35,646 bases of DNA from Octopus sinensis. Lineage: Eukaryota. The stretch spans positions 1-35,646 of the forward strand of contig NW_021826245.1 in NCBI RefSeq assembly GCF_006345805.1, given 5' to 3'. How positions within the stretch are numbered: position 1 is the first letter of the stretch; each line of letters begins with the position of its first letter. The notes under the pieces were generated by a model. It saw only the letters and a program-made list of their open reading frames with translations. It made no database searches and was not told where the DNA came from. The position numbers were made by a program, and so were the translations under genes. Shown here one piece after another: positions 22,862-33,345 of this stretch.

Positions 22862-23474
22862 GATACAACAACCTCTTAAGCAGACCGGGTGAAAATATGA
22901 GTTGCATATGGGAACCGGTATTAAGCAAGGATAGACAAATATTAGATTTATAAGCCCTAAAATTCACTCCATAATTGCCCACGGGCATATGGCATAGTGG
23001 TTAAGAGCGCGCGGGCTACTAACCCCAAGATTCCAAGGAATAATAACAACAACAACATCGAAAAATACCTTAGGAATGAGAACCCAGGTTCGAAATTTCC
23101 CCAAGACACCTGGAGGGCTAGCAACAAACAAGATGGGGACAATATCCGTCGAATGTAAATAATGTAAATAACGTACATAATTCCTCATCTCTTAAATATA
23201 GAACTGTTGAGACAGAACTGCTTATCTGTTTTGTGCGTGAGCATGCACTTAGGACAAATTATACCAAATGCAGGATTGACAACACAGCAGAAAGTGATAA
23301 GTGCAGGTTTGTGGTGATGAAGATGAGACTGTATGGCATATTGTGAATGAATGCACGAAGCTGGCCCAAAAAGAATACGAAAGAAAACACGATAAAGACG
23401 CAAGAATGATTTATTTGGGAGACGTCTGGCAAGGACAGGACAAAAATTTTAAACGGGCAAACCTCGGGATAAAT

Positions 23475-23671
23475 CGGCCCATATGAAATCAGGACATTAT
23501 TCAAAAGCAATACAACACTTCGCAAATATGTCCTTCGAGTAAAACCACCGATAGAAGAGAATATGACCAAGAACTGCGTGTACTCCATCCAATGCAGCTG
23601 TGGTAGGTTATACAAGGGCGAAACATGCCGCCCCCTCAAAATAAGGGGAGACGAACATTGCAAAGCTGTGA
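23475..23671 (+). mobile_element. 197-bp near-identical copy of the GIY-YIG segment 22522-22718 inside the R4-like LINE
   Basis: About 3 substitutions by eye relative to 22522-22718. Confidence 0.9.
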
Positions 23672-25201
23672 GATTGATATGGTAAGGATACTATCTAATC
23701 GTGAAATTGAACATAGAAAGATGGGTATAGTAGTTGTGAATAAAGAGGGGAAAATGCCTGTTTAATAATAAATATTGCATGCTCTGGTGATGACAAAGTA
23801 TCGGAATGAGAAGAGGAGAAGCAGCCAAAATATGGTGATTTGATGTGGGAGATCAGACTGTGGTTATTGAAGAAGGTAAGCGCCGTACATATTGTTTTTG
23901 GAGGCCTGAGAACTACAAGTACGGGGATCACAAGCTGGATTGAAAAGTTCGGGGTCAATGAACATCTCATGGAATAGCGTTGCTTGGAATCATACGAATT
24001 CTCCGCAAAGTTCTGGAAATCTGAATGAAGCGTGTTACCTTAATCCACAGGTTGTGGACATCTAATACTTTGTTACATCCCCCGGCGCTGGTGCTGTGTT
24101 AAACAACAACAACAACAACAACAACAACTTGATACATTGTCCTTCGTTATGGTCTGTCCATTTATGAACACACACATGGTTTTAATACATTCTTTGATCG
24201 ATCTTATCTTAATCAACACTTCATTAATTGAACGATTTATTATTCACAAAAAATATGAAGATATCACGTTTCTCGAGAACCTCAAAAGAATCGGTGAAGT
24301 TTGGTTCAACTCTATGGTTATCCCACAGAGATAAAGTAACGAAGATAGGAAAACAACTGTTTTTCTTCTGGCCACACCACTCAATCACATGGTATCAACC
24401 AGGGATTTCCAGACCAGAACTTGTCAAATCTCCCTCAAATCACATAAAGCAATCTCATAGAAGGAAGGGCACTTTGTGACCTAAGAAACTATATGTTCCT
24501 ATCCTCTTTACCCACCTTCCTTTGTTCTGTATTCTCTCTCTCTCTCTCTTTTTCTCTGTATCCCTACCTTTCCATTTCATGATAGTTCGCTAGTTGATCT
24601 GTAGAAAAAAATAATATTCCTCAGTCGTAAACACTAATGTTGTAGCGTCTTCATGTTGACCTTAGCTGTGATATAAAGATGTACACATTCCTTTCTCAAA
24701 TAGACAACCACACATGCAAATTTAAGAGCCTGTCTTACTTCTCCGTTCCTGATTACACTGTGTAACACGATTTTTGTCCTTGGGGAGCAACTGTTATTTC
24801 CTATTTGCTTACCCCTAGAAACTATGAAAAATGGCTAATATTTCCTTCAAACTTTGCTTTTCTTACATTTATTCAAACCTTCAATAATCTCTCTCAATAC
24901 ATGGCTACGATGCACCCCATTAATCCTACTCATCTACTAAGGGACATGCTCAAGTGGTTAAGGTCAAGCAATTGACAAGCAAATCTGTGGTATTGATCAG
25001 AATATTTGCTACAATGATATTTCTGTTTCAGCAACTCAGTGCTAAACCCCTCTGAAATGTAATGGAAAATAGGTCAGTTTCGAAACATTGATGTCCAGGT
25101 GACAAAAGCAAAATTTGAAGGGAATAGTAGTCATTTCCTTTGATTTGTAGATAGAAGTAAATAAGAAATAACACTTACTGACTAAAGACAAAATAAATAC
25201 A

Positions 25202-25236
<35 letters not shown>

Positions 25237-25701
25237 AAATTTTGTTACATAGTGATAAGTCAGATTGTAGATTGGATCCCACTTGATCATAAGACTATTG
25301 GATAAGGGCTGACATAGGTCTAGAAACATATCAATCACAAAATAAATTGCAGTGATGAACAAGCCAGCGAATTGCAGTGATGAACAAACCAGGATTTATT
25401 TTTTATAATACGAACTTAATAACAGGAGACATAAATACATGAGGATGTATTCGTGATTGAATAACTAGGCAATACCAGTAATATAAACTGGAAGAAATAT
25501 CCCCACTTAAATGTGGATGTTCTAATTGAACAAACTATGTTGCGGTGCAAAATGCACTCTTGTTTATCTCCAGTGCTGAGACCACCAATCACATGATTTC
25601 GACCTTGTTTGGTCATGACAATGATGGGTATTCGATCGCTAGAGGCAGTAGCGATTCATCTCGCTGCCGACCGCGATAAAACATTCTGAAAAAAAATAAA
25701 A

Positions 25702-26119
25702 TGGATCTTTTCGGTTTGAACGGCAGTTTTTAACATAATTTCTAGGTAACTAAAACATTTAAAACTTTGTATACTGGTAGAATGTGTTTATAAAACATCT
25801 TTTTCTCTTGTCTTTATTGAGAAAATTCTATAGTTTGTAAGATATTTGTTGTTTTTTTTCTTCAATTTCTGCAATTTCAACCAATCACTAACGTCTATTG
25901 AGGTAAAAAACACATACTGTGCCGTATGAATATGTCCCTCGTTTAAGAAACAGATTGGGTTTATTTACATTTGTGAAGAAAAAAAGATACCCTTCCCCCA
26001 CCCCACCCCTAACCCTAAAACAGATTGAAATGCAATAGATCGATACTAGGGTGATAATTATGGGTGACAATTTCATATGACACCGCTAGAAAAAACTGGC
26101 GTTCAAACCGAAAAGATCC
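25702..26119 (-). mobile_element. Merlin-like MITE, copy 3, opposite orientation
   Basis: Same TIRs; TSD AATAAAAT / GATAAAAT (1 mismatch); internal CCCTAA repeats. Confidence 0.9.
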
Positions 26120-26506
26120 GATAAAATACTAGCTGATCGAGAAAACTGGCGATAGTCTGGGGCGGAAAAGAGATGTGGATTGCAGTCGCCGCCGCTGTCA
26201 CAGTCGTAGCCATATCCGTCGTCGCTTTTGTCGTGACGGAGCAGAAAGTAATATTATTGCACTCGACGAAGACTTGTCACTTGTCTGAAACGAAATGGAA
26301 AGCAATCTCTTTGAAACTGAAAGATTGTTTCATAATGCTAACTACAGTGTATGTGTTTTTTGTGCTTGTGTGTATATGTGTGTGTGTGTATGTTTGTGTG
26401 TGTATGTGTGTGTCGTCGTTGCTGTTACGAGAGGAATGTATGTATACAAAGTGATGCACCCCCATACACACGCACATTTATCTCATGATCTCATTTGTAT
26501 ACATAT

Positions 26507-26555
<49 letters not shown>

Positions 26556-26584
26556 TACACATATATATATATATATATATACAT

Positions 26585-26845
<261 letters not shown>

Positions 26846-27367
26846 CCACTCACGCGCGCGCATATATATAAAAATAATTCACTCACGTTTATGTGTATGC
26901 ATGTAAGTTGGTAATTATATATATATATGCATGAATATATGTATTTATACGTATAGATAGTCATGTCTGTGTACGAACACGCATTGAAGACTCCTTCCTA
27001 CGATCACTCACTGTGAAGATGTCAACACATATATGTCTATCTATCATCGGAAAGAAGAGAAAGTTTTAAAATATTTTTTAATAAAAATATTGTAGATCAT
27101 ATCGTAATAACGTATATATAGTCAGGTACGATAATTTACTCTCTCCTTGTAAATGTTTGATCACAGTGGCATGAAGAAAGTTGAAGAGAGGTACTGGAAG
27201 ATGGAGTGAAACTTAAAGTTTGAATAATGAGTCCCTTAAGAAGGATATAGCTACAACTGGTGAGGAACTTTGTTGGAGAAGACTAAACCAGGGTAAAGCG
27301 GTCATAACATGGTGATGATGTTGATGATGACAACAATGACGTTGACGACAGTGAGGTTGTCATGGAT

Positions 27368-27531
27368 ATTGGCTTCAAGTTTTGGCACAAGGCCAGCAAA
27401 TTCAGGGAAGGGGCCAAGTTGATTATATCGACCGGTTTCGGTCTACCAACTCCACCCACTCACAAGGCTTTGGTCGGCCCGAGGCAATAGCAGAAGACAT
27501 TTGCCCAATATATATATATATATAATATATA

Positions 27532-27587
<56 letters not shown>

Positions 27588-27625
27588 GCATTCATACTAT
27601 ATATGTATATATATGTATATATATG

Positions 27626-27714
<89 letters not shown>

Positions 27715-27950
27715 CTATGTATGTGTGTGTATGTGTCTTTGCGTCTGTGTTTGTCTCCCACCACCACTTGACAACCAGTGCTAGTGAGTTTACGTCCCCG
27801 TAACTTAGCGGTTCGGCGAAAGAGACACATAGGTTTAAAAAAAAAAAATTAAGTCTTGGGGGCAATTTGTTCGTCTAAAAAATCGTTCAAGGCGTTGCCC
27901 CAGCGTGGTCGCAGTCGAAGGACTGAAGCGATTAAAAGATAAATAAAGAT
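27368..27950. mobile_element. SINE mosaic: minus tail of the trimer family, minus CORE segment (27436-27508), (TA)n/(TG)n, then plus 3' half of a CORE-type SINE (27722-27950)
   Basis: GGCACAAGGCC tail; CACTCACAAGGCTTTGGTCGGCCCGAGGC..GAAGACATTTGCCCAA; CTTGACAACCAGTGCT..TAACTTAGCGGTTCGGC. Confidence 0.8.
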
Positions 27951-28435
27951 AGAAGATATACGCTTCGGATGGAGTAGATTTCAATTATATTAGAATTTGT
28001 GCTGAAAAATTTTTTTTCCGAGGGTGAGGAGAAGATTTTCTGAAAATTTCAGTAAGAAATATAACGGGAGGGTACAATTGTCTAGGCAATCTGTAAATTA
28101 TATATTATGATTTACAATATCTTAGGTGTCCTTCGTTATACACACGCGGTAAAATGTGATGTGAAGAAGGTTCGTCTACTATTTCTAGCAGATATAGCGA
28201 CTAAGTAGTGTGTTCCTGATAAGTTATATCAATCTATGAAAAACATACATATGGAGTGTGACAACCCTCCAATCATCGTTGTCACCTCATTTCTGATGAA
28301 TCAGAAACTAAAGTTATTGGAACTCGACGAAGTTCGTCATTTGCCGGAAACTCGATCTGAACGGAAGGTGAAAGTGTTCTTTAAAATGAAACTGAAAGTT
28401 TCTTTCGCAATACTGAATAGCGCACGAATTCGGAT

Positions 28436-28484
<49 letters not shown>

Positions 28485-28672
28485 CTGTGCGCGCGCGTGT
28501 ATGAGGTGTATGTATGTGCTGCCGTTGTTTTGTAATTTGTCTTAACGAATGTATATAAACGTGTGTTTACATGTGTGTGAGTGTGTGTATGTACATGTGT
28601 ATATATGTGTATGTATATATATATATGTGTGTGTGTGTGAGTGAGCGTGCGTGCTTGTATGTGTGTGTGCGA

Positions 28673-28705
<33 letters not shown>

Positions 28706-28938
28706 TGTATATAAATAAATAAATGGAGTTTAACGCTGGTATAAATATATATATATGTATATATATGTCTACATATCTATATTGAAATGTGTATACGTAT
28801 TAAGGTATATGTGAATATATGTAGAATTTATGTATCCATACATACATACATGCATACAGACATACATATATACATACATACATCTATACATACGTACGTA
28901 CATATATACATACATATATAAATACATACAAACATAAC

Positions 28939-28939
<1 letters not shown>

Positions 28940-28979
<40 letters not shown>

Positions 28980-29057
28980 CATACATACATACATACATAC
29001 ATACATACATACATACATACATACATACATACATACATACATACATACATACATACA
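28940..29057 (-). repeat. (TCTA)n-(ATGT)n compound microsatellite
   Basis: Plus strand (AGAT)n then (ACAT)n. Confidence 0.95.
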
Positions 29058-29059
29058 TT

Positions 29060-30265
29060 TAGGTGAGATGAAGTGATGGCGGAAGTTGTATAAGGTCAGT
29101 CCAAACAGCTTTGAATGTCGCATTGTTTCACTCAGACAACACCTGCTGAACAGTAAAGAAAGAAATGAGTACATTCCTTGCGTAAAAACGAGAGCAACAT
29201 CTTCAGAGTTGGAGAACTACTGTGCAAGTACTTTGAGAATGCAACTGTCTCATAGACCAAATTGAGGGTGAGCTGGCCTACCTAAACAGAAGCTTGGAGG
29301 AAAAGCAGGCATCTTACCAGAAAAAAATCAGAGCATGGTTACATATCTTGTAGGTTAGAGGGTAACAACAGTATTGACAGGAAGACTAACCTCTCCGAGA
29401 GCTACAATAAAATATTACATCCCACCTAGAAGGATATGCCTTTGTTATTCAGGAATAGCTTCTAAATACTTGATAAACAAGAGGGACAGAGATACCACCA
29501 AATCTCCACGTTGTGATAAGAAATGTCGGTTCTGTTATACCAACGTGGAAGAATCACCCACACCATCAGTAGTTACCCCAAAATGTCTATGAGACATGAT
29601 AAGGTTGTAAAGGCTCATTTACAATGTTATCCGCAGGAAGGACTTCCTTTACTTATACATCAAAGGCACGTCAGAATCAGCAGGTATTCATATCTTTAAA
29701 AACAAGGAATTCTGGTGGAACATCCCAATAAAAACATTCACTTCGGTGCAAACATAACAGACTTGATAATGTTCTGCGGGTCAGGTAACAAAAGTAATGC
29801 ACTGTTGTAGGCGTTAGGAATTAATTGTACCTTGATTATGAATTCTCATCTCTACCTGTTATCATAGTTGCATTAAGCTACGAACCCGACAAATTTGCAC
29901 AAAAAACCTAGAATTACTCGATTTCACAGGAAAAGAGCAAAAGAAACTGATGCAAATTCCCCAAATCCAATCTGTTAGCGGCACGGTGAAAATCTGTAAG
30001 ACATTCCAAAAATTCTCCATCTGAGTTTCTTATGTGAATAGATGCATACACCCTAGTGTGTGCATCTATTCACATAAGAAACTCAGATGGAGAATTTTTG
30101 GAATGTCTTACATAATTCAACCAATACATAGTTCGACCAATACACCAACTCAACCACATGCTTACAAACACCGGGAACTCTTTTAACTCAAAAAGTCTCA
30201 TCTCTTTGTTAGCGACAGGCTTGAACCCTCTCAAGAAAAACTTGAATAAAACTCAAAGAAAAATC
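29060..30265 (+). mobile_element. Degenerate RLE-type (R4-like) LINE 3' portion, second family
   Basis: FECRIVSLRQHL; SHLEGYAFVIQE; KYLINKRDRD..KCRFC..EE..H; KEFWWNIPIK; QSVSGTVKICKTFQKF; then a 3'UTR-like segment. Confidence 0.8.
29995..30112. repeat. Perfect 52-bp stem hairpin
   Basis: 29995-30046 is the exact reverse complement of 30061-30112; the interior adds one T-G pair, 4 bp and a 4-nt loop (CCTA). Confidence 0.97.
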
Positions 30266-30293
30266 ATGTATGTATGTATGCATGTATGTATGT

Positions 30294-30598
30294 ATGAGTG
30301 ACAACCTGGCCACTGGTGGTGGTGTAACACACCATACTAATCATATCTGCCAGGCATGTGGAAGAGAGTGTAATTCGGCAGGAGGACTTAAACGACATGC
30401 CAAGGTACATGACGCCCAGTTACAACTACAGCTGGCTATTACCAGTAAAGGTTTTAGTTACCAATTCTGTACAAGACATTATAGATCTTTAGCTGGGCTA
30501 AAAGTCACATTCGATCACAGTACCAGTAACAGTTAAGGTTCATGCAATGGCCATACTCGATAACGAGGGGGCAGCTATAATGTGTATATGTATGTGTG
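30294..30598 (+). mobile_element. 5'-truncated RTE-like LINE 3' end with C2H2 fingers, copy 1
   Basis: HICQACGRECNSAGGLKRHAKVH; 3'UTR ...CTCGATAACGAGGGGGCAGC followed by an ATGT-like tail. Confidence 0.7.
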
Positions 30599-30669
30599 TT
30601 CTCTTTTTAATTGTGGAGAAAATTTTGACTGACCACCTACTTAGTAGCAAGGTTGTGAAGGAAAGCATT

Positions 30670-30830
30670 TTATTTTAACCATCGTCCTTTTACTCTTAAG
30701 ATCTTGCAAATTTTTGTAGTCCTTGATACCGTGATCATTTGTAGGGCATGAATTAAGGATTTGCACTCTCTCCTCAAGATGCCAAGTTCAGCCATACTTT
30801 GCTCCAGACTGGTTGGTATGTATCCTGGTG
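30670..30830 (-). mobile_element. C-terminal fragment of an RLE (R4-like) LINE
   Basis: PGYIPTSLEQSMAELGILRRECKSLIHALQMITVSRTTKICKIL resembles the GTVKICKTF terminus near 29980. Confidence 0.7.
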
Positions 30831-30884
30831 TGTGTGTGTGTGGTGTGTGTGTGTTGCTTTGTATGTATGTATGTATGTGTGTAT

Positions 30885-31345
30885 GCAGGATGAAAAACAA
30901 AACCCGTCAAAGGTCGGAGGAACTCTTGAGAGTCAACGGCCATCCAATAAATGTCTTAAGGCTGCTTCATGCGCGGGGACATAGAAATAATCGGACTGAA
31001 TACCCGATCGCGCGGTTAAACCATTGGGAGTGAAGGACTCCTAGCCTTTGTTAGGGCATCCTTCTAGGAGAAGGTAACTCAGGTAACTGGGATAACTCTG
31101 ACATAAAACTTGCGGCTCAGTGGTTACCAATGATGTTGAGTTGTTCTTCTTTTCGGATTATGGCTACTATTGCTTAGTGAGTGGGATTGACTCAGCGCAC
31201 AGCCTTTCCTCACTTAAAAAAAAATCTTCTTGCACAGGCATTGCACGATAACAACATTGATTAAGCTTCGTGCAATGGCCATACTCGATAACGAGGGGGC
31301 GGCCACCATGTATGTATGTATGTGTGTATGTATGTAATTATGTAT
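30885..31345 (+). mobile_element. Short bipartite non-autonomous RTE derivative (5'UTR-like part plus last about 50 nt plus (ATGT)n)
   Basis: 31261-31310 matches the 3' ends of 30294-30598 and 31354-31770; the upstream part contains GGGCATCCTTCTAGGAGAAGGTAACTC, similar from recall to RTE 5'UTR motifs; no long ORF. Confidence 0.55.
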
Positions 31346-31353
31346 GTATATGA

Positions 31354-31770
31354 TGCTGACATGCAGTGTCTGTGCAAGACCCTGCCTCAGTAAAGCTGGA
31401 CTCAAGAGTCATCTTCGTAGTCATAATGCGAGACAGATGAGTGACAACCTGGCCACTGGTGATGGTGTAACACACCATACTAATCATATCTGTCAGGCAT
31501 GTGGAAGAGAGTGCAATTCGGCAGGAGGACTTAAATGACATGCAAAGGTACATGAAGCCCAGTTACAACTACAGCCGGCTATTACCGGTAAAAGTTTTAG
31601 TTGCCAATTCTGTACAAGACATTGTAGATCTTTAGCTGGGCTAAAAAGTCACATTCGATCACAGCACCAGTAACAGTTAAGCTTCGTGCAATAGTCGCTA
31701 ACGAGGGGGCAGCCATAATGTATGTATGTATGTATGTATGTATGTATGTATGTATGTATGTATGTATGTA
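31354..31770 (+). mobile_element. 5'-truncated RTE-like LINE 3' end with three C2H2 fingers, copy 2
   Basis: One frame from 31356 to 31673 with a single CGA>TGA stop; three C-x2-C-x12-H-x3/4-H fingers; (ATGT)n tail. Confidence 0.75.
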
Positions 31771-32139
31771 TACACGTATATAATTTATGTATACTTATAT
31801 AGACGTGTGTATGAATGTAGATATGTGTGTATGGATCCTATTCGTTATCCCTACTTCCTACGTTTCCTCTTGTTATATTCCCACTGTGGTAATGTAAATC
31901 TATACATGTCTCTCTTTCAGCGAAAAGGGAAGTAATTATTAAAATATTTCTTATGAATTAAAGTACAACATATAACAACGCATAATTAGCTACGATATAT
32001 TTTACTCTTGCCACGTTAATTTATTTTTCAGTGAAGGCTGAACTCTGAATACTGAGTCTTTCTGGAAGATGGCAACAAATGGCGGAGAGCTTCGTAGAAC
32101 TGTCCCACTGATATATGCATAAGCAAACGGATGCGACAT

Positions 32140-32826
32140 TGTAGTTAGTTAATTTTTTGGCTCAAAAGCAAAAATCAAGGCCATGTAGGGGGAGATGGAG
32201 TTAAGTACAGGGTGGTGTTCATGTAAAGAGTTCAGGCCACTTGAGGTCAAAGGAGACTTTGAACAAAGCGGTCGTCGGCATCTTCACCATCTCGTCTGGC
32301 AGCTTGTTCCACGGATCCGCAACCCGGACGGAGAAAGCTCCTCTCCTTCGATTGAGATGAAATCGTCGCAGGTAGAGCTTTTCGGAATGACCCCGCAGCC
32401 GACGCTCTGGAGCAGGAGTGAAGAACAGCTCTTTCGAGAGGTTACACTTTCCGCTTATGATGTTGTGAGCGAGAATGAGATCACCACGGCGGCGGCGTTT
32501 TTCTAGAGAATAAAGGTCGAGCGTCTTCAGCCTTTCTTCATAAGACAAATTCTTGAGACCATGAACCATGCGGGTAGCCAGCTTCTGGACTCTTTCGAGA
32601 TGCTGTATGTCTTTGAGGAGATAAGGAGAAGAGGCTTGAATCCCGTACTCCAATATGGGTCTCACCAGCGTGACATAGAGCGGCAGGAATATGGCTGCTG
32701 TGAACATTCCGAATGACCGTCGAATCAAGAACAGAATTCCGCGTGCTTTGTTGGTAGCATGGACGCACTGGGCCGAAGGCGAAAAGGAGGAATCCACCAA
32801 GATACCCAGCTCCTTTACCTGTCATT
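32140..32826 (-). mobile_element. 5'-truncated CR1-clade LINE (RT C-terminus plus 3'UTR)
   Basis: Uninterrupted frame VKELGILVDSSF...LYVTLVRPILEY..QASSPY...LERVQKLATRMV..LSYEERLKTLDLYSLEKRRRRGDLI..LRGH..FSVRV..WNKLP; (TAAC)n-like tail. Confidence 0.92.
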
Positions 32827-33058
32827 GAATTCGTTGTTTTTGCCGTATCAACTCTGATTTAGCCGAACTATGATAAGAGGGGTTCAACTTGCTGCTATTT
32901 CGTCTTACTGTACAACATCGCTTGTGTACGTCGTTTTACTAAGATGTTAAATTATGATGTGGAGAATATTCAGCTGTTATTTCTAGCAGATAGAGCGACT
33001 ACGCAGAGGGTTCATAATAGGTTATATCATATTAGGAAACCCCTCCAATAGTCAGTCA

Positions 33059-33198
33059 TTCCGCCGAGGTCGACTTTGCCTTTCATCCTTTCGGGATCGA
33101 TAAATTAAGTACCAGTTGCATACTGGGGTCAATCTAATCGACTGTCCCCCTCACCCACCCAAATTTCGGGCCTTGTGCCTAGAGTAGAAAAGAAAAGA
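33059..33198 (+). mobile_element. 5'-truncated copy of the trimer-family SINE
   Basis: TTCCGCCGAGGTCGACTTTGCCTTTCATCCTTTCGG...GGCCTTGTGCCTAGAGTAGAAAAGA; imperfect flanking duplication AACCCC(T)CCAAT(A/G)GTC(A)GTCAT. Confidence 0.88.
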
Positions 33199-33224
33199 AC
33201 CCCCCAATGGTCGTCATCGTTTAG

Positions 33225-33345
33225 GTTAAGTTTACGACGCCGTCGCCATCGCAGACATATTCGCTGTTTTCACCATCACCGTTGTCGCCGTCGCCACCGT
33301 CGTCGCCGTCGCCACCGCAGTCGCCGTCGCCGCCGTCTTCTGTTT
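33225..33345 (+). repeat. Decayed (GTC/GCC)n trinucleotide tract
   Basis: cgtcgccgtcgccaccg repeats. Confidence 0.8.

Larger units (their letters stand above)
21756..23208 (+). mobile_element. Penelope/Poseidon-like element 3' part with an inverted 5' copy (inverted pLTR)
   Basis: Plus ORF 22433-22861 LPYVKGLPE...VYSIQCSCGRLYKGETCRPLKIRGDEH (GIY-YIG); 21756-22391 is a reverse-complement copy of about 22684-23170; flanked by GAGACAGAACT twice. Confidence 0.88.
20900..24127 (+). mobile_element. Degenerate R4/Dong-like RLE non-LTR retrotransposon, interrupted twice
   Basis: RT motifs KRGILQ..MSPLLF and LLFMDDLKLYGK (21037-21054); LRQSDLK/ETE continues at 23209 as ETELLIC..EHALRTNY; CCHC knuckle C(R/Q)VCGDEDETVWHIVNECTKLAQKEY; RLE end IALLGIIRILRKVLEI* (TGA 24022-24024); (AAC)n tail. 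Confidence 0.85.

Noticed and set aside
25345-25387. 18-bp direct repeat AATTGCAGTGATGAACAA with a 7-bp spacer
   Set aside because: A simple local slippage duplication with no further structure.
26173-26300. Signal-peptide-like ORF MWIAVAAAVTVVAISVVAFVV
   Set aside because: Encoded by a decayed (GTC/GCC)n tract like 33225-33345; it runs into microsatellite with no clear splice donor.
28291-28310. CTGATGA-ATCA-GAAAC as a hammerhead
   Set aside because: Only 4 nt lie between the core and GAAA, so there is no stem II, and no stem I or III complement; it is a small hairpin (TTTCTGA/TCAGAAA).
30270-30536. C2H2 ORF as a host zinc-finger gene
   Set aside because: 5'-truncated, duplicated nearby with a shared 3'UTR and ATGT tail, no Kruppel linkers, and the start codon comes from the microsatellite; treated as a retroelement end.
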